A stretch of 64,000 nt of DNA from a virus (IMGVR_UViG_3300014204_000113:1-64000), one strand, 5' to 3'. Numbered from the stretch's first letter, positions 1-10,278 are shown. Numbers and translations: made by a program. Notes: generated by a model not told the origin, from the sequence alone.

Positions 1-8
1 ACGGTGAG

Positions 9-257
9 ATGAAATCTCAAACAAATGTGAAATTTGCTTGGGAAATGAATGACAAGACTTATGCAATCTCATCACTACCAATAGAAAGATTTCGTATAAA
101 ATTTGATGAGTCCATCACAAACCCAATAATCAAATTCCGTTGGTCTCGTTGTAATAAAAACGATTTACAACAATTGATGGATCAGCACGTTATATATGCA
201 TTAGTCATTTGTAAAAAAGGTGATTGGCCTGTCCAAATTAAACTTCCTCTAAACTAA
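9..257 (+). CDS. hypothetical protein
   Basis: ORF co-directional with neighbours; no motif recognised. Confidence 0.5.
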   Translation: MKSQTNVKFAWEMNDKTYAISSLPIERFRIKFDESITNPIIKFRWSRCNKNDLQQLMDQHVIYALVICKKGDWPVQIKLPLN

Positions 258-273
258 AAAAAGGAGAATTAAA

Positions 274-534
274 ATGACCAAAGAATATGTTTTTGAAATT
301 TACGGACCACCAGAACTTTTAAACGAAACAATGGAAAAGAAACTAAACAAAATAGCAGAAAAATACAATGGAGAATGGTTTAATTCCGGCACTGCTTTTG
401 ATGGAGAAATGTCACAAAGAGATATAGATTGGTTCTTCAAATCAGTTAAAGATAGAAGCAAATTCAAAAAAGAAATTGAAAAGATGTTTAAAACTAAAGA
501 AGTGTTTTTCAATATGTACACTGATGAGGTGTAA
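274..534 (+). CDS. hypothetical protein
   Basis: AGGAG RBS upstream of ATG. Confidence 0.75.
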   Translation: MTKEYVFEIYGPPELLNETMEKKLNKIAEKYNGEWFNSGTAFDGEMSQRDIDWFFKSVKDRSKFKKEIEKMFKTKEVFFNMYTDEV

Positions 535-559
535 AAAAGTGGTTTCAAAAGGGCATTGA

Positions 560-1165
560 ATGTTAAAAACACATAATCAAATTTTAGAAGATTTGGAATC
601 AAAAATTCCAAATCTTAAAACCAAAAGATTTAAATACACAATAATAAAACATCTTGAAGAAAATATAATAAAAAATTACAAAAAACCGACCAAAAAAGAA
701 ATATCAGAATATTTGAAACTTTTTGACAAAGAAGAATGGTGGACACTAGAGTATTCTTTAAAAAATAACGAACTAATTAATTTCATAAAAGAAGACATTG
801 ATTATATTCCAGATGCCTATTTAATCAAACCTAATGGAATAAATATTTATGAGATAGAAATAACCAATCCAATGAAACCAACTAAATTACAACATTTAGG
901 TTTGCTTTTAGATTGGGTTGATTTTTGGGATGGTCAAAAAGCAGAAAACAGCATATTTTCAGTTGATAGATATGGGAGTATAAAGGAATTAGATTTAATA
1001 AAATGTATCCATGCACCGTCTTATAAAAAACAAAGAGAAATAAAAGACAGAAAGGATACAAGAAAGAAAAACGAATCAGAAATTAAAAGTTTTTTAGGAG
1101 ACCCAAACAGGCCAAAAAGAAGCACGATAGAAGTATTAAAAGAAATTCTCAATAAAAAGAAATGA
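560..1165 (+). CDS. hypothetical protein, possible PD-(D/E)xK-like nuclease fold
   Basis: YIPDAYL...IYEIEIT resembles a PD..ExE motif. Confidence 0.4.
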   Translation: MLKTHNQILEDLESKIPNLKTKRFKYTIIKHLEENIIKNYKKPTKKEISEYLKLFDKEEWWTLEYSLKNNELINFIKEDIDYIPDAYLIKPNGINIYEIEITNPMKPTKLQHLGLLLDWVDFWDGQKAENSIFSVDRYGSIKELDLIKCIHAPSYKKQREIKDRKDTRKKNESEIKSFLGDPNRPKRSTIEVLKEILNKKK

Positions 1166-1219
1166 TGTAAGAATAAATTTGTATTTTCCTAAATAACCCA
1201 ATTTTCCTGAATAAGAAAT

Positions 1220-1250
1220 AAACCTCTTGTGAGAAAGTTTCAAGAGGTTT
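1220..1250 (+). terminator. putative intrinsic terminator
   Basis: AAACCTCTTG/CAAGAGGTTT inverted repeat followed by T-rich sequence. Confidence 0.5.
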
Positions 1251-1261
1251 TAAACTTTTTG

Positions 1262-1290
1262 TTGCGCTACCATAAATAATATGCTATAAT
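1262..1290 (+). promoter_or_regulatory. sigma70-type promoter
   Basis: TTGCGC-N17-TATAAT with extended TG, upstream of the HTH gene. Confidence 0.65.
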
Positions 1291-1314
1291 AAAATTATAC
1301 AAAGGAGGATAAAA

Positions 1315-1587
1315 ATGGACATCCACAAACTGTCAAGCAAGTACCTCAAACCAAAAGGCATCCAGAAATCCAAATATGCAGACCAAGAAGAATTCAATAA
1401 GATTAAGGAATTCTTTGCAGAAAGAGACATACCCAGATGGCGTATAGCGCCTCTATTGGAAGTGTCATATCAAGCTGTCCTCAAATGGTGGAAAGATGGC
1501 ATTCCACAGAAAAGATTCAAACAGTTACAAATCGCCGTGAAAGAAATCCAAAAATGGGAAGAGGAAAACAACAAGAAATTTGAATAG
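1315..1587 (+). CDS. Cro-like helix-turn-helix DNA-binding protein
   Basis: RWRIAPLLEVSYQAVLKWWKDGIP HTH pattern; AGGAGG RBS. Confidence 0.65.
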   Translation: MDIHKLSSKYLKPKGIQKSKYADQEEFNKIKEFFAERDIPRWRIAPLLEVSYQAVLKWWKDGIPQKRFKQLQIAVKEIQKWEEENNKKFE

Positions 1588-1740
1588 CGTTACGGGGCCT
1601 ATAATAGAGAACCCCCACCATTTTCAAATATGGTTGGGGATAATTGCGTTTAGAGAGGTTTGGTTATGAAGAGACCTATAAAAAGAAGAACATTTTCTAG
1701 AATAATAACAGTTACCGAATTAATTTTCTTTTTACCACAC

Positions 1741-2919
1741 ATGGCAAGGAGTTATTATACTTATGAATTACAATATGAGGGAAAACCTTTTTATGTCGGC
1801 AAAGGCAAAGGGAGGAGGATGTATTGCCATAGAACCGAAGCAAAAAATTTATATGAGACAGATGGCGATAAAACAATCAAAATAGGATTTATCCATGATA
1901 TTTGGGATAATGAAAATGATTTCGTTGAAGTTAAAACTAGGGAACATTTGACTAACAGAGAATCGCTTGAATTTGAAGTGGAAGATATTGCTAAATATGG
2001 CAGGATTTGTGATGGTACTGGAATTCTTACCAACATGACGAAAGGCGGAGAGGGTTGTTTTTTATGGACAGAAGAAATTAGAGATTTAGTATATATAAAA
2101 CAGAACAGGTCTATACCAATAAAATATTGCGCCATATGCCAAGAAATCTTCTATAAGAAAAGCAGTAATGAACAATGGGAAAAACAAGAATATTGTAGTA
2201 TGAAATGTAGTGCTCAAGGGAGGATTAAATTCATAGAAATAAAATATTGCGAATGGTGCGGAAAAGTTTATGGAAGAAACGGAAAAACACAAAAACTTTG
2301 GGATAGAAGCCATTTTTGCGGTGGTGAATGTCAAGTTGCAGCACAGAAGAAAAACCATACCAAAATAAAATGGTGTAAACATTGCAACAATGTTTTTCAT
2401 CAAAATAATTATTCAGAAAAAGAATGGGAAAAAGTAGAATTGTGTTCAGATTGCTATAAAATAATCAGAAAGAAAAATTATACAGAAATAAAATGGTGTG
2501 AGAAATGCAATACTGTCTTTCATAAACATAAAGGGATAAATAGAAAGGATTGGGAAGAAAGGGCCAAATGTCAAAAATGTATTCTGAGTGAATTAAATAC
2601 AGGCAAGATTTGCACCGAAGAGCACAAAGAAAAAGTAAGTAAAGCAAAATTGGGAAAGAAACATAAAAACCCTAGAAAAACAATAGATCAAGATTATAAA
2701 AATAGAATAAGTGAAACACAGAGAAAAAACCATCAACTTAAAAAAGAAGGGAAACGAATAGTCAAGGAAAAAGAATATGAAGATAGATATGGATATTGTG
2801 AAATAAAATACTGCATAAGATGCAAGAAGGTATTTGGTAGATTTAAGAAGATGAGCACTAGAGATTGGAACAAAAAGAAATACTGTTGTCATTCATGTGG
2901 TGTTAATAAAAAAGCGTAA
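1741..2919 (+). CDS. GIY-YIG (LEM-3-like) homing endonuclease with Cys-rich repeats and NUMOD3-like motif
   Basis: YYTYEL..KPFYVGKGKGRR and GILTNMTKGGEG; repeated IKxCxxC units; TEEHKEKVSKAKLG; start placed at ATG 1741. Confidence 0.8.
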   Translation: MARSYYTYELQYEGKPFYVGKGKGRRMYCHRTEAKNLYETDGDKTIKIGFIHDIWDNENDFVEVKTREHLTNRESLEFEVEDIAKYGRICDGTGILTNMTKGGEGCFLWTEEIRDLVYIKQNRSIPIKYCAICQEIFYKKSSNEQWEKQEYCSMKCSAQGRIKFIEIKYCEWCGKVYGRNGKTQKLWDRSHFCGGECQVAAQKKNHTKIKWCKHCNNVFHQNNYSEKEWEKVELCSDCYKIIRKKNYTEIKWCEKCNTVFHKHKGINRKDWEERAKCQKCILSELNTGKICTEEHKEKVSKAKLGKKHKNPRKTIDQDYKNRISETQRKNHQLKKEGKRIVKEKEYEDRYGYCEIKYCIRCKKVFGRFKKMSTRDWNKKKYCCHSCGVNKKA

Positions 2920-4237
2920 CGAGGTTATATGTAAAAACCACCCAATATTTTAAAAGACAATATGTAAGTATATGAAACCATAGATGAAATAGAAAAGGGC
3001 TACTATCATATGCTTGGGGTGAGAGGCACCCCCCACGCTTGTATGGCCGTGGCTTCTCGGGATTGGTCACCGCCGTAGGCCCCTGGTACTGGCAAACCCA
3101 CGCCCAGCCTGCCTTTGCACCACCTCAACCTTTACAAAATCTTTTCAATCATCCTTTACACAAAATCATACCATATCATTTACACCGATGCACCTATGCT
3201 CATATCATTCTAACCATAGGCCATAACCCCTTGCCCTACCTATCCTCCCCTTTGCCTATCCTGCCAGCTTGACGCCTATCTATCATACCTATCCTTCATT
3301 TAAACATATCCCATTATGGCCTATGCAAGGAACATTCCAGGATAGGCCATTATCTATCCTCCGTTTGTCTCATATCTCCTTATCCTGACAGGTCTTTAAG
3401 CGCGTTCTAAGGCCGATAGCAAGGTTTTATTGACAATCCCTTGTGATAGCATGGATATCCCTTGTTTTAAACATGTGCCTTATCTATATGATATTATTGG
3501 ATAATCAGGATAGGATATGATGATAGTGGGATAGCATACCTATTTTATGGCAGGTTAGCGAATTGTCTAATATTATTGGTTAGTTATGATAATTATGATA
3601 TGATTATTTTTTATTGATATGATGATATGAAATATATGGTTATGGCAAGGGTGATTAGTCTATTGATTATATATTCTTTTGGTAGGGTATAGTTAATTCA
3701 TAGCTAATTAGTATGCTATCCTTTGCCTATCCTTGTCTAGTGCTCTATCCTTTGTCTAGTGCTCTATCCTGATAACCTCTTGCCTTGCCTATCATCCTAT
3801 CAGTTATCATCTTATCGCTTGCCTATGGCCGTCTAGTGGTCTTATGGTATAGGTCTATCTATGGTTATCTTGATATGTTTCAAGAGGTTATCTATCTTTA
3901 TGGTTATTCACTTCTTGAATTCTTTACAAGTTAATACCCATCTTGTAAACTATTGCTATTTTTTGCGTTTAATGTAGGGGTATTAGAAAGGCTCACAGGG
4001 GTATTTTAGAAAGGTGAATGGTTTCGGTAGGGGTTAAAAAATATACCCTTGTGGGCTTATGTAAGGCCGATAGAGAGGCGATAAATTACCATGAACAGAT
4101 GTCAGGTTATGACAGGTTAGGCTATGTCAAACCATGATAGGTTATGACAGGTTAGGCTATGTCTGTCATAGACTTGACAGATAACTTACAATTTCATAAA
4201 ATAAATATAACTAAACTTTTTAAGGAGAATTAAAATT
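2920..4237. repeat. non-coding, low-complexity repeat-rich region
   Basis: recurrent CCTATC/CTATCC words; TTGTCTAGTGCTCTATCCT x2 (~3732-3770); GGTTATGACAGGTTAGGCTATGTC x2 (~4105 and ~4140). Confidence 0.7.
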
Positions 4238-4513
4238 ATGGCAGAAAAAATCAAGGTTGAGAAAATGGCTGGACCTATGCGCGCTCCTGTCAAGCGAAAC
4301 CCAGCTAAAGCTTTTATGTACTGGGCTATTGAGAAGTCATTAGATGGTCAAGATAACCTCTTGAAATCTTTTTTAAGGACTAATGAAAGGGATAGATGGG
4401 TAAACGAAAAACCAGACATTAGGGAAATGATTTTAGCTGATACCCCTCTTGTGAGAAAGGCAAGAAAACTGTATGAATTAGAGGGACCATGTGAAATTCC
4501 TTATTATGATTGA
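4238..4513 (+). CDS. hypothetical protein
   Basis: AAGGAG RBS. Confidence 0.75.
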   Translation: MAEKIKVEKMAGPMRAPVKRNPAKAFMYWAIEKSLDGQDNLLKSFLRTNERDRWVNEKPDIREMILADTPLVRKARKLYELEGPCEIPYYD

Positions 4514-4629
4514 CAATTTAAAACCTCATAAACTGCATATTTCTATCAATCCATAGGAAAGTATAGGTCTATCAATTATCGCTTGATATGCGGGATATCT
4601 ACACGTTTTCAGGCGTATTCTACACAAAG

Positions 4630-4666
4630 AAAAACCCCTTTGAGATAGATAATCAAAGGGGTTTTT
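4630..4666. terminator. bidirectional intrinsic terminator
   Basis: AAAAACCCCTTTGA/TCAAAGGGGTTTTT between convergent genes. Confidence 0.8.
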
Positions 4667-4679
4667 ATGGTTGGGGGAA

Positions 4680-4880
4680 TTAAGAATTTATAACGAGGGA
4701 AATTTCTTTTTTGCAGTTTTCATGATAAGGAAAATCAAAATCTCTCCCTTTAAAGGTTTTCACATTTACCCAAATTTCTTCTTTCTTTTCAATTGGCTTA
4801 TAGCAATAATGACAAATGTTTTTTCCCCATTGTGATAATCTCCTTATCCTTAATTTTCCCTTATGGGAATTAAGCTGCAT
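4680..4880 (-). CDS. small Zn-finger-like hypothetical protein
   Basis: CHYC...HENC; ends at the bidirectional terminator. Confidence 0.55.
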   Translation of the reverse strand: MQLNSHKGKLRIRRLSQWGKNICHYCYKPIEKKEEIWVNVKTFKGRDFDFPYHENCKKEISLVINS

Positions 4881-5073
4881 TTGTGAATCTGGCGTATATA
4901 GGAAAGAATGAAACCGGCTTGTGAACCATATAAACTTTCACAGTTTTTCCGATTGAATACACAATCAATCTCCCCATTGGGTTTTTGATAATAATCCCAT
5001 TGGGTTTTTGATAATAATCCCATTGGGAAATCATCCGGGTTTTTTCTTCCTCTTTTGTTTCTTCCCTTGCCAT
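4870..5073 (-). CDS. hypothetical protein
   Basis: AAGGAG RBS on the minus strand; internal tandem repeat. Confidence 0.5.
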   Translation of the reverse strand: MAREETKEEEKTRMISQWDYYQKPNGIIIKNPMGRLIVYSIGKTVKVYMVHKPVSFFPIYARFTNAA

Positions 5074-5955
5074 ATCGCTTGCTCCTTGATTTTCCCTTAT
5101 TATATAGCCTAGAAAACCTATGTCAATAACGCTAATATCATGCCAAAATGAATTATTTTAACGAAAATAATTTAGTCCAGGCGAAAATAAATTGATAATG
5201 ATAAATATATCTATATATGGGAAGTTAATCTATACTAAATTAGGTATAGAATTAAGTATGTGATATTATTAACAAATATGAAGTGTATATACAAATTGTA
5301 TATATAAATGTTTGGCAAGTTTCCGGGGAGAAGTGGTGATTTGTCTTACATTGTCTTACATTCCCCATTATCTACCTAATATCATTAATCTTTTCATATA
5401 TTCATAAAGTGACGCGCCATTCACTTTTTATAATCATATTCACTTTATGAATATATCATTCACTTCACCATATTACCCTTATTCATAATTTACCCCTTGC
5501 CATATAATCCTTATTCTTTCTCAATTCCTTATCTGATAAATTTATATCCCTTTCTCACATATCATCTTATTCCCCCAGTACAATTTTTTATATTTGGTTT
5601 AAATTTTTATATTGATAGATAACTATATATAATCATTAAATTATTTAAGTTTTCGATGTAAATTTAGTATAAATTTTTATACTGATATAGATATGATTAA
5701 TTTGTTAAGTATATATAATCATTAAATAAATTTATTATGGTATAAATCTTGCTTGTTAATATGGTAAATCTAACCTCAAATCTGCAATAGGTGATTATCA
5801 TGGCTAAAAAATCCCGCAAAAACGATTTGATTTACAAAATAATCAATAAATTAGGTTTGATTGAATATGATCAAAGGTGTGATTCTTTTAACAGCTTGAA
5901 AAAGCTTTCATTCAAAGAACTGACTAATCTTGCAAATTTTAATTAAGACAGGAGA

Positions 5956-6195
5956 TTGAATATGTATAATTCAGAAAAAGACTATGTTAAATCATCCGAT
6001 TATGATCAAGTGCAAGCGCGGATTAATCGGGAACGCGTAGGAGATTTAACTTTAATAGGCATAACTGAAAATTCCAGACGGTTTAAAAAGTCTGGCCATG
6101 CTTGGGGTTATTGGATTATCTGCAAAGTGTTTTCAATTGACCGATACGAAACAGTTTATGAAACGTTTCTTGACGGCGAAAAATGTTATGTATAA
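5956..6195 (+). CDS. hypothetical early protein
   Basis: AGGAG RBS; near the start of a long co-directional run of small genes. Confidence 0.65.
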   Translation: MNMYNSEKDYVKSSDYDQVQARINRERVGDLTLIGITENSRRFKKSGHAWGYWIICKVFSIDRYETVYETFLDGEKCYV

Positions 6196-6204
6196 GGGGG
6201 AATT

Positions 6205-6300
6205 ATGAAAGGAATCGTAACCATAGGAATAAATGTATTTTTGGTAGGTTTATTTTACTACCTGTTTTTGAAGCAAATTTATCTCGCATTAACTTTTTAA
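6205..6300 (+). CDS. 31-aa single-TM membrane peptide
   Basis: AAGGGGG RBS; MKGIVTIGINVFLVGLFYYLFLKQIYLALTF; paralogue at 6508. Confidence 0.55.
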   Translation: MKGIVTIGINVFLVGLFYYLFLKQIYLALTF

Positions 6301-6338
6301 AGGGGTGAAATCTATCCTTTTTGGGAATAGGGGAAATT

Positions 6339-6515
6339 ATGAAAAAGCAAGGTGAAATCATTCAAGGGAAATATGGCCAAGCTTGCCGTTTGCAAGATGG
6401 TACGTGGTCATGTATGAATCATACATATCCCGTGGCAATCCATTGCGCGGATAAAGAAACCGCATTATGGACCTTGAACCAAAATTATAACGAGGTTGAA
6501 AGAGATTATGTATAA
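6339..6515 (+). CDS. hypothetical early protein
   Basis: AGGGG RBS before ATG 6339. Confidence 0.6.
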   Translation: MKKQGEIIQGKYGQACRLQDGTWSCMNHTYPVAIHCADKETALWTLNQNYNEVERDYV

Positions 6516-6615
6516 AGTTATTTTTGCCATGGTAAACGCCTTGTTAATCGGTTTATGTATATCCTTGTATCTGAAGGAATTGTTTTTAACTATTGTTTCT
6601 TCATTACATTTTTAA
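6508..6615 (+). CDS. 35-aa single-TM membrane peptide
   Basis: MYKVIFAMVNALLIGLCISLYLKELFLTIVSSLHF; similar to 6205-6300 including the downstream TTTTTAAAGGGGTGAAAT. Confidence 0.55.
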   Translation: MYKVIFAMVNALLIGLCISLYLKELFLTIVSSLHF

Positions 6616-7240
6616 AGGGGTGAAATTATGTTATGGTTATGGTACAATGATCTTTGTGATTTTGGCACGGTGAATTTAAGTGATTACACTCTATCTCTTT
6701 GCGAAAAATATTTCGAAAACGGGATAGAAACATATTACAAGCCTTGGTATAAAGGGTTTTATTGGTTTACCCTTTAAAGGAGAAATAATTATGTCTCCCG
6801 AAAAATCTTTAATGACCTTTAAGGCGATTCACGCGGCAAGGGAAAAAGATGATCAAGTTTTATTGAATTGTCTTTTACATGATTTATTTAATAACGCGGA
6901 TGAAGATTGCAGGCCGATGGTTTATGACGTGCCTGTGAACTGGCTTAAACCTTTACCAAGCTGTTAAGGAGATTATGGTTATGTCTACCTTTAATAGAAA
7001 TTTAAAAATGATGATAGAAGTTATCCGCGATTATGAAAAAGAAAACGGTTTTACACCTAGTATAATCTCGGATATGGATTATGACGAAATTAAAAGCTAT
7101 TACTATTGGATTATCCAATAAAGGAGAATATGTTATGAAATTTTTCTTTGAGAAAGAAATTTAACTTCTTTTTCTTGCCATAATGCTTTGATAGGTTATG
7201 GTAAGCATAAGCAGTTAAATAAAAAGGCAAAGGCGAAATT

Positions 7241-7546
7241 ATGAAAACCTACCAAGAATTGACGGAAGAACAAAAAAGCGAAGCGCGGGAAATTGCCTTG
7301 AATGAATTGTTAGAGGCAATAATGGAAGGTGTCATAAGGTTTAATGACACCTTAAACGGGGATGATTTGCAGGCAAGGATTGACGCCGCGGGGGAAAAGG
7401 CCGAAGCAATGAAAACCCCTTGGTTTATGCATGAATACGTTATGGATACTTGCCGCGAAGACCTAGAAGCTATGGCCGCGGCCGACGCGGAAGATTCACT
7501 CTATCCCGAAAAAGGGGAAAGAGTTATCTATCTTAAAGGAGAATAA
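7241..7546 (+). CDS. acidic hypothetical early protein
   Basis: ORF; MKTYQELTEEQKSEAR N-terminus typical of phage early proteins. Confidence 0.75.
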   Translation: MKTYQELTEEQKSEAREIALNELLEAIMEGVIRFNDTLNGDDLQARIDAAGEKAEAMKTPWFMHEYVMDTCREDLEAMAAADAEDSLYPEKGERVIYLKGE

Positions 7547-7607
7547 TGCTATGTATTCTAAATGCAGAAATTATGCAGGAAATTTAATAAATAAGGAGAA
7601 TAAAACC

Positions 7608-7751
7608 ATGGAATTTAACTTTCTTAAAAAACCTTTGAAGTGTTCACATTGCCCTAGTGCAAACATTTATATCATGAAGCACTTTGTTTCAATTAGGGAA
7701 ATCTATATTTACTGCAATATTTGTAACCGAATTACTGTCATTAAATATTAA
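7608..7751 (+). CDS. small Zn-ribbon protein
   Basis: AAGGAG RBS; CSHC...CNIC. Confidence 0.55.
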   Translation: MEFNFLKKPLKCSHCPSANIYIMKHFVSIREIYIYCNICNRITVIKY

Positions 7752-7764
7752 GGGGAATAAAACC

Positions 7765-8235
7765 ATGAAACGGAAAACCAAAAGTTATCCCATGGGGTCC
7801 ATATCATCCGGCACTATGCAGGAAAGGGATTTGATACCTTGTTTTCTTGACGAATTGGAATGGCAAGTTAGGCAAGGCAAAAAACGCGGATATCTCAGGG
7901 AAATAAACCGCATAAGGCGCGCCGCAGATAAGGATATTGACGATTCATATTTTCACTCTGAGGACGCGTCTTTTGACCTTGAATATCTTTTCAATTCCTT
8001 GAATGAATTTGCCGCGCCATATTTTTACTTTGGCGCGAATCCCGGAGACGGCGCAGATTATGGTTACTGGTTATCTGAGGATATGGAATATGGTTTTGAC
8101 GGTTTAAAGGTGGAAGACCTGTCAGAAGTACCAAAAGACTACCGCGGAGAAGTCTTATATTGTAATGATCATGGGAATATGACATTGTATGTCAAGAATT
8201 CCCGCGGTTTTAAAGAAATCTGGGGTATCGTTTAA
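7765..8235 (+). CDS. conserved phage hypothetical protein
   Basis: RBS before ATG 7765; GSISSGTM, YFGANPGDGADYGYW and NDHGN motifs. Confidence 0.75.
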   Translation: MKRKTKSYPMGSISSGTMQERDLIPCFLDELEWQVRQGKKRGYLREINRIRRAADKDIDDSYFHSEDASFDLEYLFNSLNEFAAPYFYFGANPGDGADYGYWLSEDMEYGFDGLKVEDLSEVPKDYRGEVLYCNDHGNMTLYVKNSRGFKEIWGIV

Positions 8236-8476
8236 CCATCTAACCATAAAAGGAGAAATTTACCATGAATAAAGACCTTATTAGGGAATTAGGGAAGCGC
8301 GGGATATCTATCTATAAGGCAAATAGCAAAGATATCAAGATAGCTGGCCGCGCTATCGACAAGAAAAACAAGAAGTATGAAAACCGGGAGAAAAATTAAC
8401 TTTTTTCTTTTGCCATAATGTTATTATAAGTTATGGCAAATGTAAGAAGTTAAATATAAGATAGGAGACTTTTACC

Positions 8477-8740
8477 ATGGAAAAGAAAACGGCCATAAAA
8501 TACGCGGAGGAATTGAAATCAAAAGGTTTTCCCGCCATAATCCGACTCGGATATTTTACCCGCGGTTATAACGTCAAGGTTGATTATTATGGACCTATCA
8601 ATTTTGAAAACCAGCTAACAGGAAGGATAGAAACGCGCTGGTATGACAATACTTATATGATAGTCCATGATAGGCGCGATATGGATTTATTCAGGAACAT
8701 GATCACCTATAAGCAAGCTAAAAAACCGATTGAAAAGTAA
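8477..8740 (+). CDS. hypothetical early protein
   Basis: AGGAG RBS. Confidence 0.7.
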   Translation: MEKKTAIKYAEELKSKGFPAIIRLGYFTRGYNVKVDYYGPINFENQLTGRIETRWYDNTYMIVHDRRDMDLFRNMITYKQAKKPIEK

Positions 8741-8819
8741 TTTAAAATACCCTTGCAAGGTCACTAGGCCGCGCTGGGCGATATGAAATAAACCATCTAA
8801 CCATAAGGAGCAACCTACC

Positions 8820-9002
8820 ATGAATTTTGACAAGAAATATAATAAATGGTTATCGGATTGTAAAAAAGAACTGGAAAATAAAGGATTTACAAAGCAAGAA
8901 ATCAAAAAGGCGGAAATATGTGAAAACGGCCAAGTTTATTTTGGCCGTGGAAGTCTTTTTGATATCACTCAACCTAATTTTGTTACCCCGTGGAAAGAAT
9001 AA
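8820..9002 (+). CDS. hypothetical early protein
   Basis: AAGGAG RBS. Confidence 0.65.
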   Translation: MNFDKKYNKWLSDCKKELENKGFTKQEIKKAEICENGQVYFGRGSLFDITQPNFVTPWKE

Positions 9003-9031
9003 AACAAACCATCTATAGGAGACTTATTACA

Positions 9032-9160
9032 ATGTCATACCTGCAAAATTTCTGCAATTGGTTTGATAACCTTTCTGATTTAAATTTTGCCTTAATCATC
9101 GGTTTTCTTGCCGCGCTGTTAATCATATCTTTAGGGATAAGTGACAAGAAAGGAGAATAA
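9032..9160 (+). CDS. 42-aa membrane peptide
   Basis: AGGAG RBS; hydrophobic stretch FALIIGFLAALLIISLGI. Confidence 0.5.
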   Translation: MSYLQNFCNWFDNLSDLNFALIIGFLAALLIISLGISDKKGE

Positions 9161-9272
9161 AAGGCTAAATAATCGCATAAAAGTTTAAAAATTCGCATTT
9201 ATTTTGACAAAGAAACATAATTAAATATCTGTTACGACATAGGTTCGTAACAGATAAAGGAGAAAATTGTTT

Positions 9273-9368
9273 ATGAAAGATTCATTAAATTTCTATCGCG
9301 GTCTATTTTTTGCTATCCTTTTGTCAATCCCTTTTTGGGTAATAATCATTTATCTGATAAAAGGCTAA
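9273..9368 (+). CDS. 31-aa membrane peptide
   Basis: AAGGAG RBS; GLFFAILLSIPFWVIIIYLI. Confidence 0.5.
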   Translation: MKDSLNFYRGLFFAILLSIPFWVIIIYLIKG

Positions 9369-9424
9369 ATAATCGCATAAGATCCAAAGATGGTTAAATC
9401 TTGACAACCTTAAAAGGGGATAAT

Positions 9425-9589
9425 ATGAGCGTAAAAGAAACAATTATCGCAGCATTGCAGAAAGATGGTTACGATATGATAACCGCTTGTGAAATCGCCG
9501 CGGATTATATCAAGGAACTTTTGCAAAAGCCCGCGGGGAAATACGTTTATCACACTAACACAAGTAAAATAACCATAATTAAGAAGTGA
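9425..9589 (+). CDS. hypothetical early protein
   Basis: AAGGGG RBS. Confidence 0.6.
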   Translation: MSVKETIIAALQKDGYDMITACEIAADYIKELLQKPAGKYVYHTNTSKITIIKK

Positions 9590-9608
9590 TAAAAGGAGAA
9601 TCTATCGC

Positions 9609-9794
9609 ATGAATGAAATCAACCCTGGATTTTTAACTGTCTTTTATCGGCATATATGGTACAAATTAAACCATTTGGAAAAATTTATCATCATGGCGCA
9701 CTTGTCAAAAGGAAATTGGCATACCTTGACAAGACTTCAGGAATTTTATGAGGATCAATTTTATTTTCAGAAAATCAAAAGATTATGCAAATAA
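9609..9794 (+). CDS. hypothetical early protein
   Basis: AAGGAG RBS. Confidence 0.6.
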   Translation: MNEINPGFLTVFYRHIWYKLNHLEKFIIMAHLSKGNWHTLTRLQEFYEDQFYFQKIKRLCK

Positions 9795-9875
9795 AAGGCA
9801 AATTTTCTGAAAATATTTCTTGACAAGCTAATTTGAAACGCGGTAGAATATAAACCATAAAAGGAGAATAAAACC

Positions 9876-10100
9876 TTGACACAAGCGGAAAGATTGAGAA
9901 AATCGGCAAAAGAGAGTGCGGACTGGCGCAGCCATAAATTAGGCCAATTTAAACATTATCCCAAAAGATACAACGGCCAGAAATTGAAAGGTCAAGAAAG
10001 AGCAATCGCAATTTGTACGGTATGCGGCGCTTATGCCTGTTATGACACTAACCCCGCGGCAAGGAGGGTAAAAGACTATGAATTGGAAATTAAGACTTAA
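9876..10100 (+). CDS. hypothetical protein
   Basis: AAGGAG RBS, TTG start, upstream TTGACA promoter near 9820. Confidence 0.6.
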   Translation: MTQAERLRKSAKESADWRSHKLGQFKHYPKRYNGQKLKGQERAIAICTVCGAYACYDTNPAARRVKDYELEIKT

Positions 10101-10278
10101 CCATTATTTAAAAGATATTAATAATCTTAAAGTTTATCCTCCTTGCCAAAAATGCGAAGAAAATTTAAAACAAACAATGTCAATTTATATAACAAATATG
10201 CGAAAACCAAAAATAATAATATGTGAAAACTGTTTAAAAGATTTAGTTTTAATTTTTCAAAACTATAAAGGAGAATAA
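10078..10278 (+). CDS. small Zn-finger protein
   Basis: CQKC...CENC. Confidence 0.5.
   Translation: MNWKLRLNHYLKDINNLKVYPPCQKCEENLKQTMSIYITNMRKPKIIICENCLKDLVLIFQNYKGE

Noticed and set aside
3039-3272. 77-aa ORF
   Set aside because: TTG start without an RBS, in low-complexity DNA, with atypical composition
2920-5950. CRISPR array in the repeat-rich region
   Set aside because: Repeats are two- or three-copy tandem duplications without regular unique spacers
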